This document shows positions 1 to 13,800 of a DNA stretch of 64,000 bases, one piece after another. Position 1 is the first letter of the stretch. Each line of letters begins with the position of its first letter. Below the pieces are notes generated by a model. That model was not told where the DNA came from. It made no database searches and was given only the letters and a program-made list of their open reading frames with translations. Position numbers and translations under genes: made by a program. The stretch is from Rhynchopus sp. YZ270_cl-10 (taxonomy: Eukaryota): positions 1-64,000 of the forward strand of contig OZ037833.1 in assembly GCA_964035575.1 (NCBI GenBank). Direction: 5' to 3'.

Positions 1-3000
1 ATCCGGCTCTATAAGGAACCGGAAAATTGAACAGTGAATTTTGTCATTTTTTGCAAAATTTTGGAGAATTGTGCATGAAAATTGTACGTAATTGTGCAAA
101 ATTTTGCACAATTATGCAAAAAAAATATCCGGGTCTAAAAAAAACCGGAAAAATGCTAAATCAGCATTTTTTGAAATTTTGCAGAAGAAGTGCAAAAATC
201 TGGCAAAATCTGCATGCAGATCCAACAAATTTTGCAGAATTTGACAAAATTTCCAAAATTCCAAAAATTCCAAAAATTCCAAAAAAATGCAAAAATGCTA
301 AATTTACACAAAAATGCTAAATTTTCAAAAAAATGCTAAAAGTGCAAAATCTTCCATTTTCTCAAAAATACAAGCCACAGTTTCCGGCTATCTAAAAAGT
401 CGAAAATTGAAATTTTGCAGAATTTGCAAAAATATGCAAAATTTACAAAATAGGCAAAAATTGACAAAAAGTGAAAAATTTACAAATTTTGCAAAAATTG
501 ACAAAAAATCACAAAATCTGCATGAAAATGGACCTAAATTATGCACATTTTGACAAAAAATTGCGGGTTTGCGGGTTGCGGGTTTGCGGGTTTGCGGGTT
601 TGCGGGTTTGCGGGTTTGCGGGTTTGCGGGTTTGCGGTTTGCGGGTTTGCGGGTTTGCGGGTTTACGGGTTTGCGGGTTTGCGGGTTTGCGGGTTTGCGG
701 GTTTGCGGGTTTGCGGGTTTGCGGGTTTGCGGGTTTGCGGGTTTGCGGGTTTGCGGGTTGCGGGGTTTGCGGGTTTGCGGGTTTGCGGGTTTGCGGGTTT
801 GCGGGTTTGCGGGAATGCGGGAATGCGGGACCGCGGAGCGGGCGCGAAGCGCCCGCGACGCATCCTGGGCTGCTAAATGGCAATGCGGGACCGCGAGCGG
901 GCGCGAAGCGCCCGCGACGCATCCTGGGCTGCTAAATGGCCTCTGTTGTGCTTCATTACCACACCAACTAAAGTTCCACTTTTGCAAAATTTGCAAAAAA
1001 AAAATTTTGCAGAATTATGCAAAAAAAAATCCGGCTCTATAAGGAACCGGAAAATTGAACAGTGAATTTTGTCATTTTTTGCAAAATTTTGGAGAATTGT
1101 GCATGAAAATTGTACGTAATTGTGCAAAATTTTGCACAATTATGCAAAAAAATATCCGGGTCTAAAAAAAACCGGAAAAATGCTAAATCAGCATTTTTGA
1201 AATTTTGCAGAAAAGTGCAAAAATCTGGCAAAATCTGCATGCAGATCCAACAAATTTTGCAGAATTTGACAAAATTTCCAAAATTCCAAAAATTCCAAAA
1301 ATTCCAAAAAAATGCAAAAAATGCTAAATTTACACAAAAATGCTAAATTTACAAAAAAATGCTAAAAGTGCAAAATCTTCCATTTTCTCAAAATACAAGC
1401 CACAGTTTCCGGCTATCTAAAAAGTCGAAAATTGAAATTTTGCAGAATTTGCAAAAATATGCAAAATTTACAAAAATAGGCAAAAATTGACAAAAAGTGA
1501 AAAATTTACAAATTTTGCAAAAATTGACAAAAAATCACAAAATCTGCATGAAAATGGACCTAAATTATGCACATTTTGACAAAAAATTGCGGGTTTGCGG
1601 GTTTGCGGGTTTGCGGGTTTGCGGGTTTGCGGGTTTGCGGGTTTGCGGTTTGCGGGTTTGCGGGTTTGCGGGTTTGCGGGTTTACGGGTTTGCGGGTTTG
1701 CGGGTTGCGGGTTTGCGGGTTTGCGGGTTTGCGGGTTTGCGGGTTTGCGGGTTTGCGGGTTTGCGGGTTTGCGGGTTTGCGGGTTTGCGGGTTTGCGGGT
1801 TTGCGGGTTTGCGGGTTTGCGGGTTTGCGGGTTTGCGGGAATGCGGGAATGCGGGACCGCGGAGCGGGCGCGAAGCGCCCGCGACGCATCCTGGGCTGCT
1901 AAATGGCATGCGGGACCGCGGAGCGGGCGCGAAGCGCCCGCGACGCAATCCTGGGCTGCTAAATGGCCTCTGTTGTGCTTCATTACCACACCAACTAAAG
2001 TTCCACTTTTGCAAAATTTGCAAAAAAAAAATTTTGCAGAATTATGCAAAAAAAAATCCGGCTCTATAAGGAACCGGAAAATTGAACAGTGAATTTTGTC
2101 ATTTTTGCAAAATTTTGGAGAATTGTGCATGAAAATTGTACGTAATTGTGCAAAATTTTGCACAATTATGCAAAAAAATATCCGGGTCTAAAAAAACCGG
2201 AAAAATGCTAAATCAGCATTTTTGAAATTTTGCAGAAAAGTGCAAAATCTGGCAAAATCTGCATGCAGATCCAACAAATTTTGCAGAATTTGACAAAATT
2301 TCCAAAATTCCAAAAATTCCAAAAATTCCAAAAAAATGCAAAAAATGCTAAATTTACACAAAAATGCTAAATTTACAAAAAAAATGCTAAAAGTGCAAAA
2401 TCTTCCATTTTCTCAAAAATACAAGCCACAGTTTCCGGCTATCTAAAAAGTCGAAAATTGAAATTTGCAGAATTTGCAAAAATATGCAAAATTTACAAAA
2501 ATAGGCAAAAATTGACAAAAGTGAAAAATTTACAAATTTTGCAAAAATTGACAAAAAATCACAAAATCTGCATGAAAATGGACCTAAATTATGCACATTT
2601 TGACAAAAAATTGCGGGTTTGCGGTTTGCGGGTTTGCGGGTTTTGCGGGTTTGCGGTTTGCGGGTTTGCGGGTTTGCGGGTTTGCGGGTTTGCGGGTTTG
2701 CGGGTTTACGGGTTTGCGGGTTTGCGGGTTTGCGGGTTTGCGGGTTTGCGGGTTTGCGGGTTTGCGGGTTTGCGGGTTTGCGGGTTTGCGGGTTTGCGGG
2801 TTTGCGGGGTTTGCGGGTTTGCGGGTTTGCGGGTTTGCGGGTTTGCGGGTTTGCGGGTTTGCGGGAATGCGGGAATGCGGGACCGCGGAGCGGGCGCGAA
2901 GCGCCCGCGACGCATCCTGGGCTGCTAAATGGCATGCGGGACCGCGGAGCGGGCGCGAAGCGCCCGCGACGCATCCTGGGCTGCTAAATGGCCTCTGTTG

Positions 3001-5496
3001 TGCTTCATTACCACACCAACTAAAGTTCCACTTTTGCAAAATTTGCAAAAAAAAAATTTTGCAGAATTATGCAAAAAAAAAATCCGGCTCTATAAGGAAC
3101 CGGAAAATTGAACAGTGAATTTTGTCATTTTTTGCAAAATTTTGGAGAATTGTGCATGAAAATTGTACGTAATTGTGCAAAATTTTGCACAATTATGCAA
3201 AAAAATATCCGGGTCTAAAAAAAACCGGAAAAATGCTAAATCAGCATTTTTGAAATTTTGCAGAAAAGTGCAAAATCTGGCAAAATCTGCATGCAGATCC
3301 AACAAATTTTGCAGAATTTGACAAAATTTCCAAAATTCCAAAATTCCAAAAATTCCAAAAAAATGCAAAAAATGCTAAATTTACACAAAAATGCTAAATT
3401 TACAAAAAAATGCTAAAAGTGCAAAATCTTCCATTTTCTCAAAAATACAAGCCACAGTTTCCGGCTATCTAAAAAGTCGAAAATTGAAATTTTGCAGAAT
3501 TTGCAAAAATATGCAAAATTTACAAAAATAGGCAAAAAATTGACAAAAAGTGAAAAATTTACAAATTTTGCAAAAATTGACAAAAAATCACAAAATCTGC
3601 ATGAAAATGGACCTAAATTATGCACATTTTGACAAAAAATTGCGGGTTTGCGGGTTTGCGGGTTTGCGGGTTTGCGGGTTTGCGGGTTTGCGGGTTTGCG
3701 GGTTTGCGGGAATGCGGGAATGCGGGACCGCGGAGCGGGCGCGAAGCGCCCGCGACGCATCCTGGGCTGCTAAATGGCATGCGGGACCGCGGAGCGGGCG
3801 CGAAGCGCCCCGCGACGCATCCTGGGCTGCTAAATGGCCTCTGTTGTGCTTCATTACCACACCAACTAAAGTTCCACTTTTGCAAAATTTGCAAAAAAAA
3901 AATTTTGCAGAATTATGCAAAAAAAAATCCGGCTCTATAAGGAACCGGAAAATTGAACAGTGAATTTTGTCATTTTTTGCAAAATTTTGGAGAATTGTGC
4001 ATGAAAATTGTACGTAATTGTGCAAAATTTTGCACAATTATGCAAAAAAATATCCGGGTCTAAAAAAAACCGGAAAAATGCTAAATCAGCATTTTGAAAT
4101 TTTGCAGAAAAGTGCAAAATCTGGCAAAATCTGCATGCAGATCCAACAAATTTTGCAGAATTTGACAAAATTTCCAAAATTCCAAAAATTCCAAAAATTC
4201 CAAAAATTCCAAAAAAATGCAAAAAATGTAAAATTTACACAAAAATGCTAAATTTACACAAAAATGCTAAATTTACAAAAAAATGCTAAAAGTGCAAAAT
4301 CTTCCATTTTCTCAAAAATACAAGCCACAGTTTCCGGCTATCTAAAAAGTCGAAAATTGAAATTTTGCAGAATTTGCAAAAATATGCAAAATTTACAAAA
4401 ATAGGCAAAAATTGACAAAAAGTGAAAAATTTACAAATTTTGCAAAAATTGACAAAAAATCACAAAATCTGCATGAAAATGGACCTAAATTATGCACATT
4501 TTGACAAAAATTGCGGGTTTGCGGGTTTGCGGGTTTGCGGGTTTGCGGGTTTGCGGGTTTGCGGGTTTACGGGTTTGCGGGTTTGCGGGTTTGCGGGTTT
4601 GCGGGTTTGCGGGTTTGCGGGTTTGCGGGTTTGCGGGTTTGCGGGTTTGCGGGTTTGCGGGTTTGCGGGTTTGCGGGTTTGCGGGTTTGCGGGAATGCGG
4701 GAATGCGGGGACCGCGGAGCGGGCGCGAAGCGCCCGCGACGCATCCTGGCTGCTAAATGGCATGCGGGACCGCGGAGCGGGCGCGAAGCGCCCGCGACGC
4801 ATCCTGGGCTGCTAAATGGCCTCTGTTGTGCTTCATTACCACACCAACTAAAGTTCCACTTTTGCAAAATTTGCAAAAAAAAAATTTTGCAGAATTATGC
4901 AAAAAAAAAATCCGGCTCTATAAGGAACCGGAAAATTGAACAGTGAATTTTGTCATTTTTTGCAAAATTTTGGAGAATTGTGCATGAAAATTGTACGTAA
5001 TTGTGCAAAATTTTGCACAATTATGCAAAAAAATATCCGGGTCTAAAAAAAACCGGAAAAATGCTAAATCAGCATTTTTGAAATTTTGCAGAAAAGTGCA
5101 AAATCTGGCAAAATCTGCATGCAGATCCAACAAATTTTGCAGAATTTGACAAAATTTCCAAAATTCCAAAAATTCCAAAAATTCCAAAAATTCCAAAAAA
5201 ATGCAAAAAATGTAAAATTTACACAAAAATGCTAAATTTACACAAAAATGCTAAATTTACAAAAAAATGCTAAAAGTGCAAAATCTTCCATTTTCTCAAA
5301 AATACAAGCCACAGTTTCCGGCTATCTAAAAAGTCGAAAATTGAAATTTTGCAGAATTTGCAAAAATATGCAAAATTTACAAAAATAGGCAAAAATTGAC
5401 AAAAAGTGAAAAATTTACAAATTTTGCAAAAATTGACAAAAAAATCACAAAATCTGCATGAAAATGGACCTAAATTATGCACATTTTGACAAAAAA

Positions 5497-8400
5497 TTGC
5501 GGGTTTGCGGGTTTGCGGGTTTGCGGGTTTGCGGGTTTGCGGGTTTGCGGGTTACGGGTTTGCGGGTTTGCGGGTTTACGGGTTTGCGGGTTTGCGGGTT
5601 TGCGGGTTTGCGGGTTTGCGGGTTACGGTTTGCGGGTTTGCGGGTTTGCGGGTTTGCGGGTTTGCGGTTTGCGGGTTTGCGGGTTTGCGGTTTGCGGTTT
5701 GCGGGTTTGCGGGTTTGCGGGTTTGCGGTTTGCGGGTTTGCGGGTTTGCGGGTTTGCGGGTTTGCGGGTTTGCGGGTTTGCGGGTTTGCGGGTTTGCGGG
5801 TTTGCGGGTTTGCGGGTTTGCGGGTTTGCGGGTTTTGCGGGTTTGCGGGTTTGCGGGTTTGCGGGTTGCGGGTTTGCGGGTTTGCGGGTTTGCGGGTTTG
5901 CGGGTTTGCGGGTTTGCGGGTTTGCGGGTTTGCGGGTTTGCGGTTTGCGGGTTTGCGGGTTTGCGGGTTTGCGGGTTTGCGGGTTTGCGGGTTTGCGGGT
6001 TTGCGGGTTTGCGGGTTTGCGGGTTTGCGGGTTTGCGGGTTTGCGGGTTTGCGGGTTTGCGGGTTTGCGGGTTTGCGGGTTTGCGGGTTTGCGGCGTTTG
6101 CGGGTTTGCGGGTTTGCGGGTTTGCGGGTTTGCGGGTTTGCGGGTTTGCGGGTTTGCGGGTTTGCGGGTTTGCGGGTTTGCGGGTTTGCGGGTTTGCGGG
6201 TTTGCGGGTTTGCGGGTTTGCGGGTTTGCGGGTTTGCGCGGTTTGCGGGTTTGCGGGTTTGCGGGTTTGCGGGTTTGCGGGGTTTGCGGGTTTGCGGGTT
6301 TGCGGGTTTGCGGTTTGCGGGTTTGCGGGTTTGCGGGTTTGCGGGTTTGCGGGTTTGCGGGTTTGCGGGTTTGCGGTTTGCGGGTTTGCGGGTTTGCGGG
6401 TTTGCGGGTTTGCGGGTTTGCGGGTTTGCGGGTTTGCGGGTTTGCGGGTTTGCGGGTTTGCGGGTTTGCGGGTTTGCGGGTTTGCGAGGTTTGCGGGTTT
6501 GCGGGTTTGCGGGTTTGCGGGTTTGCGGGTTTGCGGGTTTGCGGGTTTGCGGGTTTGCGGGTTTGCCGGTTTGCGGGTTTGCGGGTTTGCGGGTTTGCGG
6601 GTTTGCGGGTTTGCGGGTTTGCGGGTTTGCGGGTTTGCGGGTTTGCGGGTTTGCGGGTTTGCGGGTTGCGGGTTTGCGGGTTTGCGGGTTTGCGGGTTTG
6701 CGGGTTTGCGGGTTTGCGGGTTTTGCGGGTTTGCGGGTTTGCGGGTTTGCGGGTTTGCGGGTTTGCGGGTTTGCGGGTTTGCGGGTTTACGGTTTGCGGG
6801 TTTGCGGGTTTGCGGGTTTAGCGGGTTTGCGGGTTTGCGGTTTGCGGGTTTGCGGGTTTGCGGGTTTGCGGGTTTGCGGGTTTGCGGGTTTGCGGGTTTG
6901 CGGGTTTGCGGGTTTGCGGGTTGCGGGTTTGCGGGTTTGCGGGTTTGCGGGTTTGCGGGGTTTGCGGGTTTGCGGGTTTGCAGGGTTTGCGGGTTTGCGT
7001 TTGCGGGTTGCGGGTTTGCGGGTTTGCGCGGGTTTGCGGGTTTGCGGTTTGCGGGTTTGCGGGTTTGCGGGTTTGCGGGTTTGCGGGTTTGCGGGTTTGC
7101 GGGTTTGCGGGTTTGCGGGTTTGCGGGGTTTGCGGGTTTGCGGGGTTTGCGGGTTTGCGGGTTTGCGGGTTTGCGGGTTTGCGGGTTTGCGGGTTTGCGG
7201 GTTTGCGGGTTTGCGGGTTTGCGGGTTTGCGGGTTTGCGGGTTTGCGGTTTGCGGGTTTGCGGGTTTGCGGGTTTGCGGGTTTGCGGGTTTGCGGGTTTG
7301 CGGGTTTGCGGGTTTTGCGGGTTTGCGGGTTTGCGGGTTTGCGGGTTTGCGGTTTGCGGGTTTGCGGGTTTGCGGTTTGCGGGTTTGCGGGTTTGCGGGT
7401 TGCGGGTTTGCGGGTTTGCGGGTTTGCGGGTTTAGCGGGTTTGCGGGTTTGCGGGTTTGCGGGTTTGCGGGTTTGCGGGTTTGCGGGTTTGCGGTTTGCG
7501 GGTTTGCGGGTTTGCGGGTTTGCGGGTTTGCGGGTTTGCGGTAGGGTTTGCGGGTTTGCGGGTTTGCGGGTTTGCGGGTTTGCGGGTTTGCGGGTTTGCG
7601 GGTTTGCGGGTTTGCGGGTTTGCGGGTTTGCGGTTTGCGGGTTTGCGGGTTTGCGGGTTTGCGGGTTTGCGGGTTTGCGGGGTTTGCGGGTTTGCGGGTT
7701 TGCGGGTTTGCGGGTTTGCGGGTTTGCGGGTTTGCGGGTTTGCGGGTTTGCGGGTTTGCGGGTTTGCGGGTTTGCGGTTTGCGGGTTTGCGGGTTTGCGG
7801 TTTGCGGGTTTGCGGGTTTGCGGGTTTGCGGGTTTGCGGGTTTGCGGGTTTGCGGGTTTGCGGGTTTGCGGGTTTGCGGGTTTGCGGGTTTGCGGTTTGC
7901 GGGTTTGCGGGTTTGCGGGTTTGCGGGTTTGCGGGTTTGCGGGTTTGCGGGTTTGCGGTTTGCGGGTTTGCGGGTTTGCGGGTTTGGCGGTTTGCGGGTT
8001 TGCGGGTTTGCGGGTTTTGCGGGTTTGCGCGGTTTGCGGGTTTGCGGTTTGCGGGTTTGCGGGTTTGCGGGTTTGCGGGTTTGCGGTTTGCGGGTTTGCG
8101 GGTTTGCGGGTTTGCGGGTTTGCGGGTTGCGGGTTTGCGGGTTTGCGGGTTTGCGGGTTTGCGGGTTTGCGGGTTTGCGGGTTTGCGGGTTTGCGGGTTT
8201 GCGGGTTTGCGGGTTTGCGGGTTTGCGCGGTTGCGGGTTTGCGGGTTTGCGGGTTTGCGGGTTTGCGGGTTTGCGGGTTTGGCGGTTTGCGGGTTTGCGG
8301 GTTTGCGGGTTTGCGGGTTTGCGGGTTTGCGGGTTTGCGGGTTTGCGGGTTTGCGGTTTGCGGGTTTGCGGGTTTGCGGGTTTGCGGGTTTGCGGGTTTG

Positions 8401-10816
8401 CGGGTTTGCGGGTTTGCGGGTTTGCGGGTTTGCGGGTTTGCGGTTTGCGGGTTTGCGGGTTTGCGGGTTTGCGGGTTTGCGGGTTTGCGGGTTTGCGGGT
8501 TTGCGGGTTTGCGGGTTTTGCGGGTTTGCGGGTTTGCGGGTTTGCGGGTTTGCGGGTTTGCGGGTTTGCGGGTTTGCGGGTTTGCGGGTTTGCGGGTTTG
8601 CGGTTTGCGGGTTTGCGGGTTTGCGGGTTTGCGGGTTTGCGGGTTTGCGGGTTTGCGGGTTTGCGGGTTTGCGGGTTTGCGGGTTTGCGGGTTTGCGGGT
8701 TTGCGGGTTTGCGGGTTTGCGGGTTTGCGGGTTTGCGGGTTTGCGGGTTTGCGGGTTTGCGGGTTTGCGGGTTTGCGGGTTTCGGGTTTGCGGGTTTGCG
8801 GGTTTGCGGGTTTGCGGGTTTGCGGGTTTGCGGGTTTGCGGGTTTGCGGGTTTGCGGGTTTGCGGGTTTTGCGGGTTTGCGGGTTTGCGGGTTTGCGGGT
8901 TTGCGGGTTTGCGGGTTTGCGGGTTTGCGGGTTTGCGGGTTTGCGGGTTTGCGGGTTTGCGGGTTTGCGGGTTTGCGGGTTTGCGGGTTTGCGGGTTTGC
9001 GGGGTTTGCGGGTTTGCGGGTTTGCGGGTTTGCGGGTTTGCGGGTTTGCGGGTTTGCGGGTTTGCGGGTTTGCGGGTTTGCGGGTTGCGGGTTTGCGGGT
9101 TTGCGGGTTTGCGGGTTTGCGGGTTTGCGGGTTTGCGGGTTTGCGGGTTTGCGGGTTTGCGGGTTTGCGGGTTTGCGGGTTTGCGGGTTTGCGGGTTGCG
9201 GTTTGCGGGTTTGCGGGTTTGCGGTTTGCGGGTTTGCGGGTTTGCGGGTTTGCGGGTTTGCGGGTTTGCGGGTTTGCGGGTTTGCGGGTTTGCGGGTTTG
9301 CGGGTTTCGGGTTTGCGGGTTTGCGGGTTTGCGGGTTTGCGGGTTTGCGGTTTGCGGGTTTGCGGGTTTGCGGTTTGCGGGTTTGCGGGTTTGACGGGTT
9401 TGCGGGTTGCGGGTTGCGGGTTTGCGGGTTTGCGGGTTTGCGGGTTTGCGGGTTTGCGGGTTTGGCGGGTTTGCGGGTTTGCGGGTTTGCGGGTTTTGCG
9501 GGTTTGCGGGTTTGCGGTTTGCGGGTTTGCGGGTTTGCGGGTTTGCGGGTTTGCGGGTTTGCGGGTTTGCGGGTTTGCGGGTTTGCGGGTTTGCGGGTTT
9601 GCGGTGGTTTGCGGGTTTGCGGGTTTGCGGGTTTGCGGGTTTGCGGGTTTGCGGGTTTGCGGGGTTTGCGGGTTTGCGGGTTTGCGGGTTTGCGGGTTTG
9701 CGGGTTTGCGGGTTTGCGGGTTTGCGGGTTTGCGGGTTTGCGGGTTTGCGGGTTTGCGGGTTTGCGGTTTGCGGGTTTGCGGGTTTGCGGGTTTGCGGGT
9801 TTGCGGGTTTGCGGGTTTGCGGGTTTGCGGGTTTGCGGGTTTGCGGGTTTGCGGGTTTGCGGGTTTGCGGGTTTGCGGGTTTGCGGGTTTGCGGGTTTGC
9901 GGGTTTGCGGGTTTGCGGGTTTGCGGGTTTGCGGGTTTGCGGGTTTGCGGGTTTGCGGGTTTGCGGGTTTTGCGGTTTGCGGGTTTGCGGGTTTGCGGGT
10001 TTGCGGGTTTGCGGGTTTGCGGGTTTGCGGGTTTGCGGGTTTGCGGGTTTGCGGGTTTGCGGGTTTGCGGGTTTGCGGGTTTGCGGGTTTGCGGGTTTGC
10101 GGTTTGCGGGTTTGCGGGTTTGCGGGTTTGCGGGTTTGCGGGTTTGCGGGTTTGCGGGTTTGCGGGTTTGCGGGTTTGCGGGTTTGCGGGTTTGCGGGTT
10201 TGCGGGTTTGCGGGTTTGCGGGTTTGCGGGTTTGGAGCGGGTTTGCGGGTTTACGGGTTTGCGGGTTTGCGGGTTTGCGGGTTTGCGGTTTGCGGGTTTG
10301 CGGGTTTGCGGGTTTGCGGGTTTGCGGGTTTGCGGGGTTTGCGGGTTTGCGGGTTTGCGGGTTTGCGGGTTTGCGGGTTTGCGGGCTTTGCGGGTTTGCG
10401 GTGTTTGCGGGTTTGCGGGTTTGCGGGTTTGCGGGTTTGCGGGTTTGCGGGTTTGCGGGTTTGCGGGGTTTGCGGGTTTGCGGGTTTGCGGTTTGCGGGT
10501 TTGGTTTGCGGGTTTGCGGGTTTGCGGGTTTGCGGGTTTGCGGGTTTGCGGGTTTGCGGGTTTGCGGGTTTGCGGGTTTGCGGGTTTGCGGGTTTGCGGG
10601 TTTGCGGGTTTGCGGGTTTGCGGGTTTGCGGGTTTACGGGTTTGCGGGTTTGCGGGTTTGCGGGTTTACGGGTTTGCGGGTTTGCGGGTTTGCGGGTTTG
10701 CGGGTTTGCGGGTTTGCGGGTTTGCGGGTTTGCGGGTTTGCGGGTTTGCGGGTTTGCGGGTTTGCGGGTTTGCGGGTTTGCGGGTTTGCGGGTTTGCGGG
10801 TTTGCGGGTTTGCGGG
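5497..10816 (+). repeat. ~5.3-kb (GGGTTTGC)n octamer tract with many single-base indels
   Basis: Read directly. Frequent GG/GGGG and TT/TTTT variants look like homopolymer sequencing errors. Confidence 0.97.
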
Positions 10817-13800
10817 AATGCGGGAATGCGGGACCGCGGAGCGGGCGCGAAGCGCCCGCGACGCATCCTGGGCTGCTAAATGGCATGCGGGACCGCGGAG
10901 CGGGCGCGAAGCGCCCGCGACGCATCCTGGGCTGCTAAATGGCCTCTGTTGTGCTTCATTACCACACCAACTAAAGTTCCACTTTTGCAAAATTTGCAAA
11001 AAAAAAATTTTGCAGAATTATGCAAAAAAAAATCCGGCTCTATAAGGAACCGGAAAATTGAACAGTGAATTTTGTCATTTTTTGCAAAATTTTGGAGAAT
11101 TGTGCATGAAAATTGTACGTAATTGTGCAAAATTTTGCACAATTATGCAAAAAAATATCCGGGTCTAAAAAAAACCGGAAAAATGCTAAATCAGCATTTT
11201 TGAAATTTTGCAGAAAAGTGCAAAATCTGGCAAAATCTGCATGCAGATCCAACAAATTTTGCAGAATTTGACAAAATTTCCAAAATTCCAAAAATTCCAA
11301 AAATTCCAAAAAAATGCAAAAAATGCTAAATTTACACAAAAATGCTAAATTTTCAAAAAAATGCTAAAAGTGCAAAATCTTCCATTTTCTCAAAAATACA
11401 AGCCACAGTTTCCGGCTATCTAAAAAGTCGAAAATTGAAATTTTGCATTGACAAAAAGTGAAAAATTTACAAATTTTGCAAAAATTGACAAAAAATCACA
11501 AAATCTGCATGAAATTTGCAAAAATATGCAAAATTTACAAAAATAGGCAAAAATTGACAAAAAGTGAAAAATTTACAAATTTTGCAAAAATTGACAAAAA
11601 ATCACAAAATCTGCATGAAAATGGACCTAAATTATGCACATTTTGACAAAAAATTGCGGGTTTGCGGGTTTGCGGGTTTGCGGGTTTGCGGGTTTGCGGG
11701 TTTGCGGGTTTGCGGGTTTGCGGGTTTGCGGGTTTGCGGGTTTGCGGGTTTACGGGTTTGCGGGTTTGCGGGTTTGCGGGTTTGCGGGTTTGCGGGTTTG
11801 CGGGTTTGCGGGTTTGCGGGTTTGCGGGTTTGCGGGTTTGCGGGTTTGCGGGTTTGCGGGTTTGCGGGTTTGCGGGTTTGCGGGTTTGCGGGTTTGCGGG
11901 AATGCGGGAATGCGGGACCGCGGAGCGGGCGCGAAGCGCCCGCGACGCATCCTGGGCTGCTAAATGGCATGCGGGACCGCGGAGCGGGCGCGAAGCGCCC
12001 GCGACGCATCCTGGGCTGCTAAATGGCCTCTGTTGTGCTTCATTACCACACCAACTAAAGTTCCACTTTTGCAAAATTTGCAAAAAAAAAATTTTGCAGA
12101 ATTATGCAAAAAAAAATCCGGCTCTATAAGGAACCGGAAAATTGAACAGTGAATTTTGTCATTTTTTGCAAAATTTTGGAAAATATCCGGGTCTAAAAAA
12201 AACCGGAAAAATGCTAAATCAGCATTTTTGAAATTTTGCAGAAAAGTGCAAAATCTGGCAAAATCTGCATGCAGATCCAACAAATTTTGCAGAATTTGAC
12301 AAAATTTCCAAAATTCCAAAAATTCCAAAAATTCCAAAAAAATGCAAAAAATGCTAAATTTACACAAAAATGCTAAATTTACAAAAAAATGCTAAAAGTG
12401 CAAAATCTTCCATTTTCTCAAAAATACAAGCCACAGTTTCCGGCTATCTAAAAAGTCGAAAATTGAAATTTTGCAGAATTTGCAAAAATATGCAAAATTT
12501 ACAAAAATAGGCAAAAATTGACAAAAAGTGAAAAATTTACAAATTTTGCAAAAATTGACAAAAAATCACAAAATCTGCATGAAAATGGACCTAAATTATG
12601 CACATTTTGACAAAAAATTGCGGGTTTGCGGGTTTGCGGGTTTGCGGGTTTGCGGGTTTGCGGGTTTGCGGGTTTGCGGGTTTGCGGGTTTGCGGGTTTG
12701 CGGGTTTGCGGGTTTACGGGTTTGCGGGTTTGCGGGTTTGCGGGTTTGCGGGTTTGCGGGTTTGCGGGTTTGCGGGTTTGCGGGTTTGCGGGTTTGCGGG
12801 TTTGCGGGTTTGCGGGTTTGCGGGTTTGCGGGTTTGCGGGTTTGCGGGTTTGCGGGTTTGCGGGTTTGCGGGAATGCGGGAATGCGGGACCGCGGAGCGG
12901 GCGCGAAGCGCCCGCGACGCATCCTGGGCTGCTAAATGGCATGCGGGACCGCGGAGCGGGCGCGAAGCGCCCGCGACGCATCCTGGGCTGCTAAATGGCC
13001 TCTGTTGTGCTTCATTACCACACCAACTAAAGTTCCACTTTTGCAAAATTTGCAAAAAAAAAATTTTGCAGAATTATGCAAAAAAAAATCCGGCTCTATA
13101 AGGAACCGGAAAATTGAACAGTGAATTTTGTCATTTTTTGCAAAATTTTGGAGAATTGTGCATGAAAATTGTACGTAATTGTGCAAAATTTTGCACAATT
13201 ATGCAAAAAAATATCCGGGTCTAAAAAAAACCGGAAAAATGCTAAATCAGCATTTTTGAAATTTTGCAGAAAAGTGCAAAATCTGGCAAAATCTGCATGC
13301 AGATCCAACAAATTTTGCAGAATTTGACAAAATTTCCAAAATTCCAAAAATTCCAAAAATTCCAAAAAAATGCAAAAAATGCTAAATTTACACAAAAATG
13401 CTAAATTTACAAAAAAATGCTAAAAGTGCAAAATCTTCCATTTTCTCAAAAATACAAGCCACAGTTTCCGGCTATCTAAAAAGTCGAAAATTGAAATTTT
13501 GCAGAATTTGCAAAAATATGCAAAATTTACAAAAATAGGCAAAAATTGACAAAAAGTGAAAAATTTACAAATTTTGCAAAAATTGACAAAAAATCACAAA
13601 ATCTGCATGAAAATGGACCTAAATTATGCACATTTTGACAAAAAATTGCGGGTTTGCGGGTTTGCGGGTTTGCGGGTTTGCGGGTTTGCGGGTTTGCGGG
13701 TTTGCGGGTTTGCGGGTTTGCGGGTTTGCGGGTTTGCGGGTTTACGGGTTTGCGGGTTTGCGGGTTTGCGGGTTTGCGGGTTTGCGGGTTTGCGGGTTTG

